A stretch of DNA of 29,536 nt from a virus (taxonomy: Duplodnaviria; Caudoviricetes): IMG/VR virus record IMGVR_UViG_3300035157_000038, positions 1 to 29,536 of that record. One strand, 5' to 3'. Of the stretch, positions 1-8,055 are shown one piece after another. Each line of letters opens with the position of its first letter. Position 1 is the first letter of the stretch. A program made the position numbers and the translations under genes. The notes beneath the pieces are model-generated. The model had not been told where the DNA came from, made no database searches, and was given only the letters and a program-made list of their open reading frames with translations.

Positions 1-133
1 CCAAGCGCTTGAGTGTAACCTCAGGCGTATTTGGATTATCACCAACGTCCACACCACGCTTTAACACGACAGTGCGAACACCCTTTTGGTTGCTAGTATC
101 GAGTGCAACCAACCCGTTATAAGATGAAGTCAT
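1..133 (-). CDS. Partial leftward (probably early) gene, hypothetical protein MTSSYNGLVALDTSNQKGVRTVVLKRGVDVGDNPNTPEVTLKRL...
   Basis: Not in the ORF track. The ATG is the complement of CAT at 131-133, AGGAGA lies 7 nt upstream (complement of 141-146), the frame is open to the window edge, and a leftward promoter lies upstream. Confidence 0.75.
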   Translation of the reverse strand, partial: MTSSYNGLVALDTSNQKGVRTVVLKRGVDVGDNPNTPEVTLKRL

Positions 134-220
134 AAGACTATCTCCTAGGTTGTGCCACACACAGACCACGCTGTGCGTGGCGGGTTAATGTCATTGGGAA
201 CCATTCCCGCTGACAACTTC

Positions 221-249
221 ACTAAAGCAAAAACTGTACACTATGTCAA
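221..249 (-). promoter_or_regulatory. Leftward sigma70-type promoter TTGACA-N17-TTTAGT
   Basis: Perfect -35 (complement of TGTCAA 244-249), 17-nt spacer, 4/6 -10 match (complement of 221-226), upstream of the leftward gene. Confidence 0.6.
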
Positions 250-418
250 GTTACTAGGAAAACTGCGGATTACAGGGGGGGTATATTTTCGATTGACCGA
301 TTACCCATAGGGTGTGTCGGAGGGGGGTACATGGATTGGCATTGACGACCGCCTTGTATATAAGTAACCCTCTCATAACACGAGCCATTTTTTAGAAGGT
401 GTAAAGTTACAAAGTTTC

Positions 419-447
419 TTGACAGGATTGTACATTACACATAGGAT
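419..447 (+). promoter_or_regulatory. Rightward sigma70-type promoter TTGACA-N17-TAGGAT
   Basis: TTGACA at 419-424, 17-nt spacer, TAGGAT at 442-447. The TTG start used by the ORF track is this -35 box. Confidence 0.7.
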
Positions 448-454
448 CAACCAT

Positions 455-964
455 ATGGATACACTACCACTTAAACATACTAAGTGGTCGAACCGACTAG
501 CTTTCGATATAGCGCTTATGCTAGAGGGCAGTGGCGAGACCTTGGACGAACTGAAAGACCGACACTCGGTTAGTACCGATGATGTGTTGGTGTTCAACAA
601 AGACCCTGTGTTTCTCAAGCAGGTCAACTCTTATAGGGATGACATTAAAGAGAAAGGCATGACGTTCAAGCTCAAGGCCCGCGCACAGGCGGAAGAACTC
701 CTGACAACTAGTTGGACATTGATTCATTCTCCAGAAGTATCGCCTGCAGTTAAAGCTGACTTGATAAAGTCAACTGTTAAGTGGGGCGGACTAGAACCAA
801 AGAACGATACAGCTATAGAGGGGCAAAGTGGCGGAGTTAAAATTACAATTAACCTCGGAGGTCAAGAGCACATCGCAACGACCACTATTGATCAAGAACC
901 TGAGAGAGAGGTTCTCGAACATGTACGAGGGGAAGCCGATGGCGACATTCAAGACACTGGATGA
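455..964 (+). CDS. terS: Putative terminase small subunit (169 aa from ATG 455)
   Basis: First gene of the packaging block, just upstream of TerL. HTH-like N-terminus, helical core, and a C-terminal GGVKITINLG strand typical of TerS oligomerisation tails. The call is largely positional. Confidence 0.65.
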   Translation: MDTLPLKHTKWSNRLAFDIALMLEGSGETLDELKDRHSVSTDDVLVFNKDPVFLKQVNSYRDDIKEKGMTFKLKARAQAEELLTTSWTLIHSPEVSPAVKADLIKSTVKWGGLEPKNDTAIEGQSGGVKITINLGGQEHIATTTIDQEPEREVLEHVRGEADGDIQDTG

Positions 965-1082
965 ATGTGAAGCTATAGGTAAACTACTTGAACTTGAGGG
1001 TGTTGCTTTCAGACAGAAAGTGCTGCGTAAGAACTCCAACGTTAGTAAACCCTATGCTATAATTATACTGAGTAAGATATGA
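921..1082 (+). CDS. Small hypothetical protein (53 aa, MYEGKPMATFKTLDEC...)
   Basis: GAGG at 908-911 precedes ATG 921. It overlaps the terS 3' end by 44 nt and is coupled to terL by an ATGA overlap at 1079-1082. Confidence 0.6.
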   Translation: MYEGKPMATFKTLDECEAIGKLLELEGVAFRQKVLRKNSNVSKPYAIIILSKI

Positions 1083-2458
1083 ACATAGACTTTACACCAT
1101 CAAAAACATGCGCAGGTTTTATGAAGTCTGATGCGAAGATGCGTGTACTTATGGGGCCAGTCGGGTCAGGTAAGTCGGTGGCGAGCTGTTTTGAAATTGT
1201 CCGTAGGGCATCACAACAAGCTCCCAGTCAGGATGGGGTGAGACGCTCCCGTGCTGCGGTTGTTCGTGAAACTGTTCGTCAGTTGACTGATACGACCATT
1301 AAGACGTTTCTCGATTGGTTCCCACCAGGTACGTGCGGTAACTTCATGCGTACAACTAAAACCTATTTCTTTAAGGTTGGCGATGTCGAGTGCGAGATTA
1401 TGTTTCGTGCACTCGATGATGCAGACGATGTGGCGAACTTGAACTCGCTTGAGCTGACCTTTGCATGGTTCAATGAGTGTAGAGATATTAACCCAGAGAT
1501 CGTGGATGCCATGTCCAAACGTATTGGGAGATACCCGTCTGCTAAAGATGGAGGGCCCTCATGGTTTGGTATGTGGGGAGACACGAACCCCCCAACTATG
1601 GATACATGGTGGTATTACCAAATGGAAAAGCTAGACCCGAAAGATGGAGTCAGCGATAACGACAATGGTTGGGATGTGTTCAAACAACCATCAGGTAGAA
1701 GCGCTCTCGCAGAAAATGTGGAGAATTTACCAGATGGATATTATGACACCCAAGGCCGTTCAGAAGATTATGTCCGAGTCTTTATTGACGGTGAGTACGG
1801 ACTCAGCTCAGCGGGGCAACCAGTGTACAAATACTTTAGGCCAGACTACCATATGGCAACGTCTACGCTCGCTCCTATTGTTAATGGTGTGCGCTCTATT
1901 ATTGTCGGTATGGACTTAGGCTTGACACCAGCAGCAGTTTTTGGTCAATTAGATCCTCGCGGGCGAGCGCTGATATTTGATGAAGCTGTCTCCTTCGACA
2001 TGGGCATCCAGCGTTTCGTCCGCACCATTGTCCGCCCGCTTCTCTATGAAAGATTTTCCAGCTGTCCAGTTATAATCGTGGTTGATCCTGCTGGTACACA
2101 GAGAGCACAGACTGATGAGCGTTCTGCTGTTGACATAATAAAAGCAGAAGGCTTCAAAGTATTTCCTGCAAAAACTAACAGTGTGTCAGCTAGGCTGTCA
2201 GCTGTCGATGACTTTCTCATGCGGCAGGCAGACGGAGACTCTGCATTTTTACTTGACCCTCGCTGCACACATCTTAAGTCAGCCATGATGGGTGGATATA
2301 GATTCCATAAGAAAAATGGAACTATAGAAAAAAATAAACACTCACATGTAGCTGAGGCTTTACAATATTTAATGATGCATATACATTCTATAGGTGAAGG
2401 CACACTCACCCCTCAAGCTCGTGAAGTGCGCAAAGTAGCAGCTGTAGGGTGGACATAG
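1079..2458 (+). CDS. terL: Terminase large subunit
   Basis: Walker A GPVGSGKS, Walker B AWFNE, coupling-region DTNPP, and an RNase H-like nuclease domain (IVGMDLG...VDPAG...HSHVAEALQY). Confidence 0.95.
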   Translation: MNIDFTPSKTCAGFMKSDAKMRVLMGPVGSGKSVASCFEIVRRASQQAPSQDGVRRSRAAVVRETVRQLTDTTIKTFLDWFPPGTCGNFMRTTKTYFFKVGDVECEIMFRALDDADDVANLNSLELTFAWFNECRDINPEIVDAMSKRIGRYPSAKDGGPSWFGMWGDTNPPTMDTWWYYQMEKLDPKDGVSDNDNGWDVFKQPSGRSALAENVENLPDGYYDTQGRSEDYVRVFIDGEYGLSSAGQPVYKYFRPDYHMATSTLAPIVNGVRSIIVGMDLGLTPAAVFGQLDPRGRALIFDEAVSFDMGIQRFVRTIVRPLLYERFSSCPVIIVVDPAGTQRAQTDERSAVDIIKAEGFKVFPAKTNSVSARLSAVDDFLMRQADGDSAFLLDPRCTHLKSAMMGGYRFHKKNGTIEKNKHSHVAEALQYLMMHIHSIGEGTLTPQAREVRKVAAVGWT

Positions 2459-2522
2459 CTTTCGGCTTGTTAGACCTCCCACGGGTTGGAATGTTACTCC
2501 ACTGGCAGACCTCCCTGACTTA

Positions 2523-2568
2523 AGCCCCGTCAAGTTTTACTCCTTTCCACTTGACGGGGCTATTTTTT
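2523..2568 (+). terminator. Intrinsic terminator after terL
   Basis: Perfect 13-bp inverted repeat AGCCCCGTCAAGT (2523-2535) / ACTTGACGGGGCT (2549-2561), 13-nt loop, followed by ATTTTTT. Confidence 0.85.
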
Positions 2569-2578
2569 CGAGTAAACT
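2551..2578 (+). promoter_or_regulatory. Possible promoter TTGACG-N16-TAAACT overlapping the terminator 3' arm
   Basis: TTGACG at 2551-2556 and TAAACT at 2573-2578. It would restart transcription for the portal/head operon after the terminator. Confidence 0.45.
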
Positions 2579-2608
2579 ATAACAAGTTGTCAGTTATTGG
2601 AGGTGGCT

Positions 2609-2860
2609 ATGGCAGGTAAATGCGGAGGTGGTAAACCTTACATGAGGACATCTGACAACCCCAAAATGAATGGGGGTGACGGTGATGTTCGTAGACCATA
2701 CATTACAGGCGGGCTAGTTGGCCCTGCTATGAGGTATAGTGATGATATGGATAAACGTAAAAAACGTGATGATGATGAGGATGAAGACGAAGAAGAAAGA
2801 ATGGCTAAAGCTAGAAGATCTCGTAAAAAAGGTTCAGGCTACGGAACAGGGATGGCGTAA
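2609..2860 (+). CDS. Small charged hypothetical protein (83 aa)
   Basis: GGAGG at 2599-2603 precedes ATG 2609, a better start than TTG 2597. It has acidic and basic blocks and a TAATG overlap with the portal gene. Confidence 0.75.
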   Translation: MAGKCGGGKPYMRTSDNPKMNGGDGDVRRPYITGGLVGPAMRYSDDMDKRKKRDDDEDEDEEERMAKARRSRKKGSGYGTGMA

Positions 2861-4920
2861 TGGTTGGGCTTAGAATGTTACGTGTTGTAGGCAATGCAGA
2901 ACTTGTAGCTGAAGAAGAAGCTGCGGCAAAGGCTGCTTTGCAAGACAGACAGAATGAGCCTTATATACTGGGATTACACTCGTATATACAAGAGTGTTGG
3001 CATGCAGCTAAAGAAGCTAAAGATCCTATTGAAGATATTATGCTTAGAGCCTTGCGGCAACGTAATGGTGAGTACGAAGCAGATAAGCTAGCGGCTATCC
3101 AAGCTCAAGGCGGTTCAGAAATTTACATGATGTTAACTGAAGTCAAGTGTCGAGGCGCTGAGTCTTGGCTACGTGACATACTGTTAGATTCAGGTACACC
3201 CCCTTGGGATTTAGAACCTACACCTATTCCAGAACTTACACCTCTACAACAAGCAGAGATTCAAGAAGCGTTTGCTGAATCTGTTGTTGATATGATTAAA
3301 CAGTTAGGGCAAGCCCCTACACCAGCTCAGCTTAGTGAATTGAAAGAGATGGTGACTCAAGATTTCCGATTCGGAATGTTGCAGGGTGCACAGAATCGTG
3401 CAGACAAAATGAAGATTACTATTAATGACCAGTTTGCTCATGGTGGTTGGTCTGAGTCATTTAATGAATTTATTACTGATTTAGTAACTTTTCCATGTGC
3501 TTTTCTTAAAGGGCCTGTCATTCGCAGACAGAGGCGTATTAAATACGACCAGTCGTCTGAGATGACCACAGTCAGTGCCGATGAGGTTATAGCACCAGAG
3601 TTTGAACGGGTTGATCCGTTTAATATTTATCCAGAGCCAGGAGTTTCACATATAAATGACGGTTATCTTTTTGAGCACCACAAGCTCAGCAGATCTGATC
3701 TTTCCGATCTTATTGGTCTGCCTGGGTATGATGACGATGCTATTCGTGAGCTGTTAGAACTAGGTGTGAATGATTATGGCAGCTGGATAACAGAAGATTT
3801 TGAATACACAAAGGATGAAGAAGAACGTAAATTTAGCACTCATAGGCGACCTACAAGTATGTATGATGCCTTAGAGTTTTGGGGCAAGGTTAGCGGTCAG
3901 ATGCTTGTTGAGTGGGGTATGGACGAAGAAATGGTTCCAGACCAAGCTAAAGAGTATGACGCAAACGTATGGGTGATAGGTAATTACGTAATTAAAGCGG
4001 TCTTAAATTACGACCCATTAGGAGAAAAGCCATATGCTAAAACATCGTTTATTAAATCCCCTGGGGCGTTTTGGGGTAAAGGTATACCAGAAATTATTGA
4101 AGATGTCCAAAATGTTTGTAACGCAGCTACAAGAGCGCTTGTTAATAACATGGGCATATCTAGCGGGCCTCAAGTCGAAGTTAACCTCGAAAGAATCCCG
4201 CCGAACGAAGACATCACGCAGCTCCACCCGTGGAAAATCTGGCAAGTAACAAACGATCCCCTTGGAGCTAACGCACCTGCAGTTAGGTTTACACAGCCTG
4301 AAGATAATGCAAATACGTTAGCGGCTATATATGATAAGTTTGCTAAGTTGGCAGATGACCATAGTGGCATTCCTTCCTATGTCACTGGAGACTTGAACGT
4401 TCAGGGCGCAGGTCGAACTGCCTCTGGACTTTCAATGTTGATGGGATCAGCGGGTAAAGGTATACGTCAAGTAGTTATGCATATAGATAACGATGTTATC
4501 AAACCAGTTATCCACAGAATATTTTTATATAATATGCGGTATAACGATGACGAATCTATCAAAGGTGATTTAGCTATTGTACCAAAAGGTGCTGTTAACC
4601 TAGCTGTTAAAGAAACTGTTAATATCAGACGTATTGAGTTTCTTAATGCTACAGGTAATGAGATTGATTCACAGATCCTTGGCACAGAAGGCAGGGCTGC
4701 TATTCTTAGAGAAGTTGCTAAAGGGCTTCAGATGCCAGTCGATGATATTATTCCATCGAAAGAAAAAGAGGCATTTAAGACTCGCATGCTAAAAGCACAG
4801 CAGGAGATGGCTCAAGCACAGCAGCCACAGCAAGGACAAGTAGTTGATCCAGCTGGTAATCCAGCAGGTGGTATGGCTGCGAACACAGTTCAAAACAGGT
4901 CTACAGGGAATAGCCAATGA
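2860..4920 (+). CDS. Portal protein
   Basis: 686 aa between TerL and scaffold/capsid. Portal-like motifs (VDPFNIYPEP, GAFWGKGIPE...Q...N, RTASGLSMLM) and a Gln-rich C-terminal tail as in P22-like portals. Confidence 0.9.
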   Translation: MVGLRMLRVVGNAELVAEEEAAAKAALQDRQNEPYILGLHSYIQECWHAAKEAKDPIEDIMLRALRQRNGEYEADKLAAIQAQGGSEIYMMLTEVKCRGAESWLRDILLDSGTPPWDLEPTPIPELTPLQQAEIQEAFAESVVDMIKQLGQAPTPAQLSELKEMVTQDFRFGMLQGAQNRADKMKITINDQFAHGGWSESFNEFITDLVTFPCAFLKGPVIRRQRRIKYDQSSEMTTVSADEVIAPEFERVDPFNIYPEPGVSHINDGYLFEHHKLSRSDLSDLIGLPGYDDDAIRELLELGVNDYGSWITEDFEYTKDEEERKFSTHRRPTSMYDALEFWGKVSGQMLVEWGMDEEMVPDQAKEYDANVWVIGNYVIKAVLNYDPLGEKPYAKTSFIKSPGAFWGKGIPEIIEDVQNVCNAATRALVNNMGISSGPQVEVNLERIPPNEDITQLHPWKIWQVTNDPLGANAPAVRFTQPEDNANTLAAIYDKFAKLADDHSGIPSYVTGDLNVQGAGRTASGLSMLMGSAGKGIRQVVMHIDNDVIKPVIHRIFLYNMRYNDDESIKGDLAIVPKGAVNLAVKETVNIRRIEFLNATGNEIDSQILGTEGRAAILREVAKGLQMPVDDIIPSKEKEAFKTRMLKAQQEMAQAQQPQQGQVVDPAGNPAGGMAANTVQNRSTGNSQ

Positions 4921-5132
4921 TTAGACCTGATGCTAAAACATTACAAAGTATGGCGGCTGTATCTAAACAGTTTCCAGAGATATTAGAATTTATTGAGACT
5001 TGGAGGTTACATGAGTTAGAAACCTTACCAAGTGTCATTAATAACGTGGCACTACAACAGGGGCGGTGTCAAGTTCTTGGCGAAATAGTCAAGTTAATTA
5101 AAGAAGCCCCATCAACAGCGGCAAAGGTTTAG
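4917..5132 (+). CDS. Small hypothetical head-module protein
   Basis: ATGA-coupled to the portal. Helical with a QQGRCQVL motif, in the typical portal-to-scaffold slot. Confidence 0.75.
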   Translation: MIRPDAKTLQSMAAVSKQFPEILEFIETWRLHELETLPSVINNVALQQGRCQVLGEIVKLIKEAPSTAAKV

Positions 5133-5173
5133 TATGACCAGCCGCCTAACACGCATACCTTAAGGAGCGAAAA

Positions 5174-6172
5174 ATGGCAATACCAAAGCAAGTTCAGAAA
5201 CAGTCTGAGGCAGTACAAGAGTTGTATAAAGAAATAAATGGCACTGAAGAAGTGAATGAGAATCAGGAAACCCCTCAAGAAGAGGAGGTTACTGAGGCTG
5301 TTCCTGCTGCCGACAGTGTAGAAGAAGTTGCGGTCGAGTCTTCTGGAGAGCACTCAGAAGACAATCAAGAAAAGAGTACTACTAATTGGCAACAAAAGTA
5401 CAAGACTCTTCAAGGAATGTATAACGCAGAAGTTCCTCAGCTAAAACAAATGGTGCAGGAACAAGGTGCTAAGATAACCCAGTTCGAGCAGTTGATAGCT
5501 AATATTAATAAACAGAAGCAACAGCCGCAAGAACCTCCAAAGCCAATACTCTCAGAGAAAGAGGTTGAGGAGTATGGTGAATCTATAGACATCATGCGTA
5601 AAGTTACCAAAGAAGAGACGGGTAATTTGTTAGGAGAAGTTAGCGCTTTGAAAGCACAAATTGCTCAAATGACACAGAATACTGTTCCGCAAGTTCAGCA
5701 ACTAGCTAATCAAGTTGGTGATACCCAAGAACAATTATTTTGGTCTAAACTTTCTACTATTGTTCCAGACTGGCAGAGTATTAACGAAGACGATAATTTT
5801 CAAGCATGGTTGTTAGAAGTCGACCCACTAACGGGTATGGCAAGGCAAGCATATCTTGAAGATGCTCAGCGTAAATATGACACTGACAGGGTAGCAGCAT
5901 TCTTCACAACTTGGTCAGGCTTAAACGGTAACGGATCTGCTCAACAGGTAAAGTCCGCAAATCAAGACGAACTAAAGCAACAGGTTGCTCCTAAGAAAAC
6001 TAGGAGTGCTGGAGCTAATGCACCTGCTGGATCTAAACCATCGTATAGCACAGCTGATATAGCTGCGTTTTATGATGATATACGTAAAGGTAAGTTCAAA
6101 GGTCGTGATGATGAGAGGGCAAAAATTGAACGTGACATCTTTGCTGCTCAGGCAGAGGGTCGCATAACTTAA
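5174..6172 (+). CDS. Capsid scaffolding protein
   Basis: AAGGAG RBS, acidic N-terminus, coiled coil (WQQKYKTLQGMYNAE), conserved C-terminal ...AQAEGRI, directly upstream of the capsid gene. Confidence 0.8.
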   Translation: MAIPKQVQKQSEAVQELYKEINGTEEVNENQETPQEEEVTEAVPAADSVEEVAVESSGEHSEDNQEKSTTNWQQKYKTLQGMYNAEVPQLKQMVQEQGAKITQFEQLIANINKQKQQPQEPPKPILSEKEVEEYGESIDIMRKVTKEETGNLLGEVSALKAQIAQMTQNTVPQVQQLANQVGDTQEQLFWSKLSTIVPDWQSINEDDNFQAWLLEVDPLTGMARQAYLEDAQRKYDTDRVAAFFTTWSGLNGNGSAQQVKSANQDELKQQVAPKKTRSAGANAPAGSKPSYSTADIAAFYDDIRKGKFKGRDDERAKIERDIFAAQAEGRIT

Positions 6173-6192
6173 ACATGTGTTAGGAGGCCAAA

Positions 6193-7098
6193 ATGGCATA
6201 CGCAACATCCCCTGGGCATCCGCAGTATACTGGGAATTTTATTCCTGAGATATGGTCGGGTAAGCTCATTGAGAATTTCTACGATGCAACAGTGCTCGCA
6301 GCAATCTCTAACACCTCCTACGAAGGTGAGATTCGTAGCATGGGTGATACGGTTAATATCCGTACTACTCCTGAAATTACTATCCAGACATACGTCAAGG
6401 GTCAAACTCTTAACGTAGAGCAGCCTGATAAGCCAAAGCTACAGCTGCTTATTGACAAAGGTGAGTACTTTGCCTGTATCGAAGACGATGTAGACGAAGT
6501 GCAAGCTGACGTTAATATGATGGATCAGTGGTCAAAAGACGCTTCAGAGAGAATGAAAATCAAGATTGATCAAAGAGTCTTGACTGATCTTCTTCCTGAT
6601 GTATCTGCACTAAACAAAGGTACAACAGCTGGACGAATTTCTGGCGATATTGACCTTGGTGCAGCAGGTAATCCAGAAGCAATTACTGCCAATAATGTTA
6701 TTGGTAAGATTATTGATATGGGTACTGTGCTTGACGAAGCTAACTGTCCTGAAGGAGATCGCTTTATAGTGATCCCTGCTAAGATGGCTGGTATGATCAA
6801 GCAATCTGATCTGAAGGATGCGTCTATCACTGGAGATGGTAATACACCTCTTCGTAACGGACGTTTGGGCATGATTGACAGGTTTACTGTTTATGTAAGC
6901 CACAATCTTTACAAGAACGGTTCTGAGTTCAGCGTTATCGGTGGACACAATATGGGCTTCACATTTGCATCTCAGATGACAAATATGGAAACCATCCGTT
7001 CTGAAACAACTTTTGGTAACATCATTCGTGGTCTTCAAGTTTACGGCTATAAAGTCGTTAAGCCTGAAGCTCTTGCCACGATGGTTGTTACTCTTTAA
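6193..7098 (+). CDS. Major capsid protein (HK97 fold, P22-coat-like)
   Basis: AGGAGG RBS. Motifs NFIPEIWS, YEGEI..GDTVNI, GRLGMIDRFTVY and RGLQVYGYKVVKPEAL are characteristic of this capsid family. Confidence 0.92.
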   Translation: MAYATSPGHPQYTGNFIPEIWSGKLIENFYDATVLAAISNTSYEGEIRSMGDTVNIRTTPEITIQTYVKGQTLNVEQPDKPKLQLLIDKGEYFACIEDDVDEVQADVNMMDQWSKDASERMKIKIDQRVLTDLLPDVSALNKGTTAGRISGDIDLGAAGNPEAITANNVIGKIIDMGTVLDEANCPEGDRFIVIPAKMAGMIKQSDLKDASITGDGNTPLRNGRLGMIDRFTVYVSHNLYKNGSEFSVIGGHNMGFTFASQMTNMETIRSETTFGNIIRGLQVYGYKVVKPEALATMVVTL

Positions 7099-7110
7099 TA
7101 GGAGGATCAG

Positions 7111-7587
7111 ATGGCTGCTTATACAGATACACACGGCTTTGATAAAGGTTCTGCTGGACATCCAGCTAAGGGCATTAACAGAGTCGGGTACATGGAAGTC
7201 GATTTGGACTTTGCTAAAATCACTACAGCTAGGGCTGCAGCAGGTGCTACAGCTCTTGCCGCTGGTGACTCTATCGAAGTGCTTTCGATTCCAGCTAACA
7301 CACTAGTGTTGGCAGTTGGTGCAACTACTATTACTGCTGAAGGTGCAGCGTCAACATTTGATCTCGGTCTTACAGGCGGAGATGTTGACGGTTTTGTTGA
7401 TGGGGGCGATGCTAATACAGCGGGTACTACATCTTCAAACGGTGCACTTTTGAATGGCGATAATCAGAGCCACTATTTTGCAACTGCAGATACCATTGAT
7501 ATGCTTATCGGTGTGTCTGGAGCTGTAACTGATGCGGCTAGGATTAAAGTTTGGGCAGTAGTTGTTGATTGTTCAACAGTCGCCTAA
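7111..7587 (+). CDS. Putative capsid decoration/cement protein
   Basis: AGGAGG RBS. Ala/Gly/Thr-rich beta protein of 158 aa immediately after the capsid gene and followed by a stem-loop. Confidence 0.65.
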   Translation: MAAYTDTHGFDKGSAGHPAKGINRVGYMEVDLDFAKITTARAAAGATALAAGDSIEVLSIPANTLVLAVGATTITAEGAASTFDLGLTGGDVDGFVDGGDANTAGTTSSNGALLNGDNQSHYFATADTIDMLIGVSGAVTDAARIKVWAVVVDCSTVA

Positions 7588-7592
7588 AGGAT

Positions 7593-7632
7593 TAGGGGGG
7601 CGGGTTAGGATTCGCACTGCGATGCCCCCCTA
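7593..7632 (+). promoter_or_regulatory. GC-rich stem-loop after the capsid/decoration genes
   Basis: TAGGGGGGC (7593-7601) pairs with GCCCCCCTA (7624-7632) and encloses a TCGC-ACT-GCGA hairpin. There is no U-tract. Confidence 0.65.
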
Positions 7633-7649
7633 CTCTAAAAGGACATAGT

Positions 7650-7895
7650 ATGGCTAAAATCAATAAAGCTAAAATGGCATGTAACAAACCGAAACGTCAG
7701 GTATCTGGCGGTAAGAAGTTTGTTGTTAAAGCGTGTCAGGGAGGCAAAGAAAAAATTATTAGATTTGGCGATGCCAATATGAAGATTAAAAAGAATCAGC
7801 CAGGTCGCAGAAAGAACTTTCGTGCTAGACATGGTTGTGACAGCAGGCCACCGTCTAAGATGACAGCTAGATATTGGTCATGCAAGAAATGGTAA
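7650..7895 (+). CDS. Small basic viral protein (IRFGD...RRKNFRARHGC...ARYWSCKKW)
   Basis: AAGGA RBS. The motif resembles a widespread virus family recalled as DUF5754-like (unverified). Confidence 0.8.
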   Translation: MAKINKAKMACNKPKRQVSGGKKFVVKACQGGKEKIIRFGDANMKIKKNQPGRRKNFRARHGCDSRPPSKMTARYWSCKKW

Positions 7896-7898
7896 GTT

Positions 7899-8054
7899 AT
7901 GGGTAAGAAAGACGCATGTTATCATAAGGTGAAGAGCCGCTATAAAGTTTGGCCCTCAGCATATGCATCAGGGGCTTTAGCTAAATGTAGAAAAGTAGGC
8001 GCTTCTAATTGGGGCAACTCTAAAGTTAGGAAGACTACCAGAAAGAAAAAATGA
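7899..8054 (+). CDS. Small basic protein, 51 aa MGKKDACYHKVKSRYKVWPSAYASGALAKCRKVGASNWGNSKVRKTTRKKK
   Basis: Below the ORF track cut-off. It fills the gap exactly (ATG 7899, TGA 8052-8054). The KDACY..VK.RY..WPSAYASG motif is recalled from marine phage proteins. Confidence 0.85.
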   Translation: MGKKDACYHKVKSRYKVWPSAYASGALAKCRKVGASNWGNSKVRKTTRKKK

Positions 8055-8055
8055 T

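Noticed and set aside
419-454. TTG start for terS (likewise the track starts at 828, 2597, 18496 and 18960)
   Set aside because: TTG 419 is the -35 box. The other genes have better downstream ATGs with an SD or stop-start coupling (921, 2609, 18559, 18975).
7090-7113. Capsid and decoration genes are in the same frame, suggesting a read-through or T7 10B-like extension
   Set aside because: Two consecutive stops (TAA TAG), an independent AGGAGG RBS for the downstream gene and no clear slippery heptamer. The alternative-frame ORF 7013-7306 does not look protein-like.
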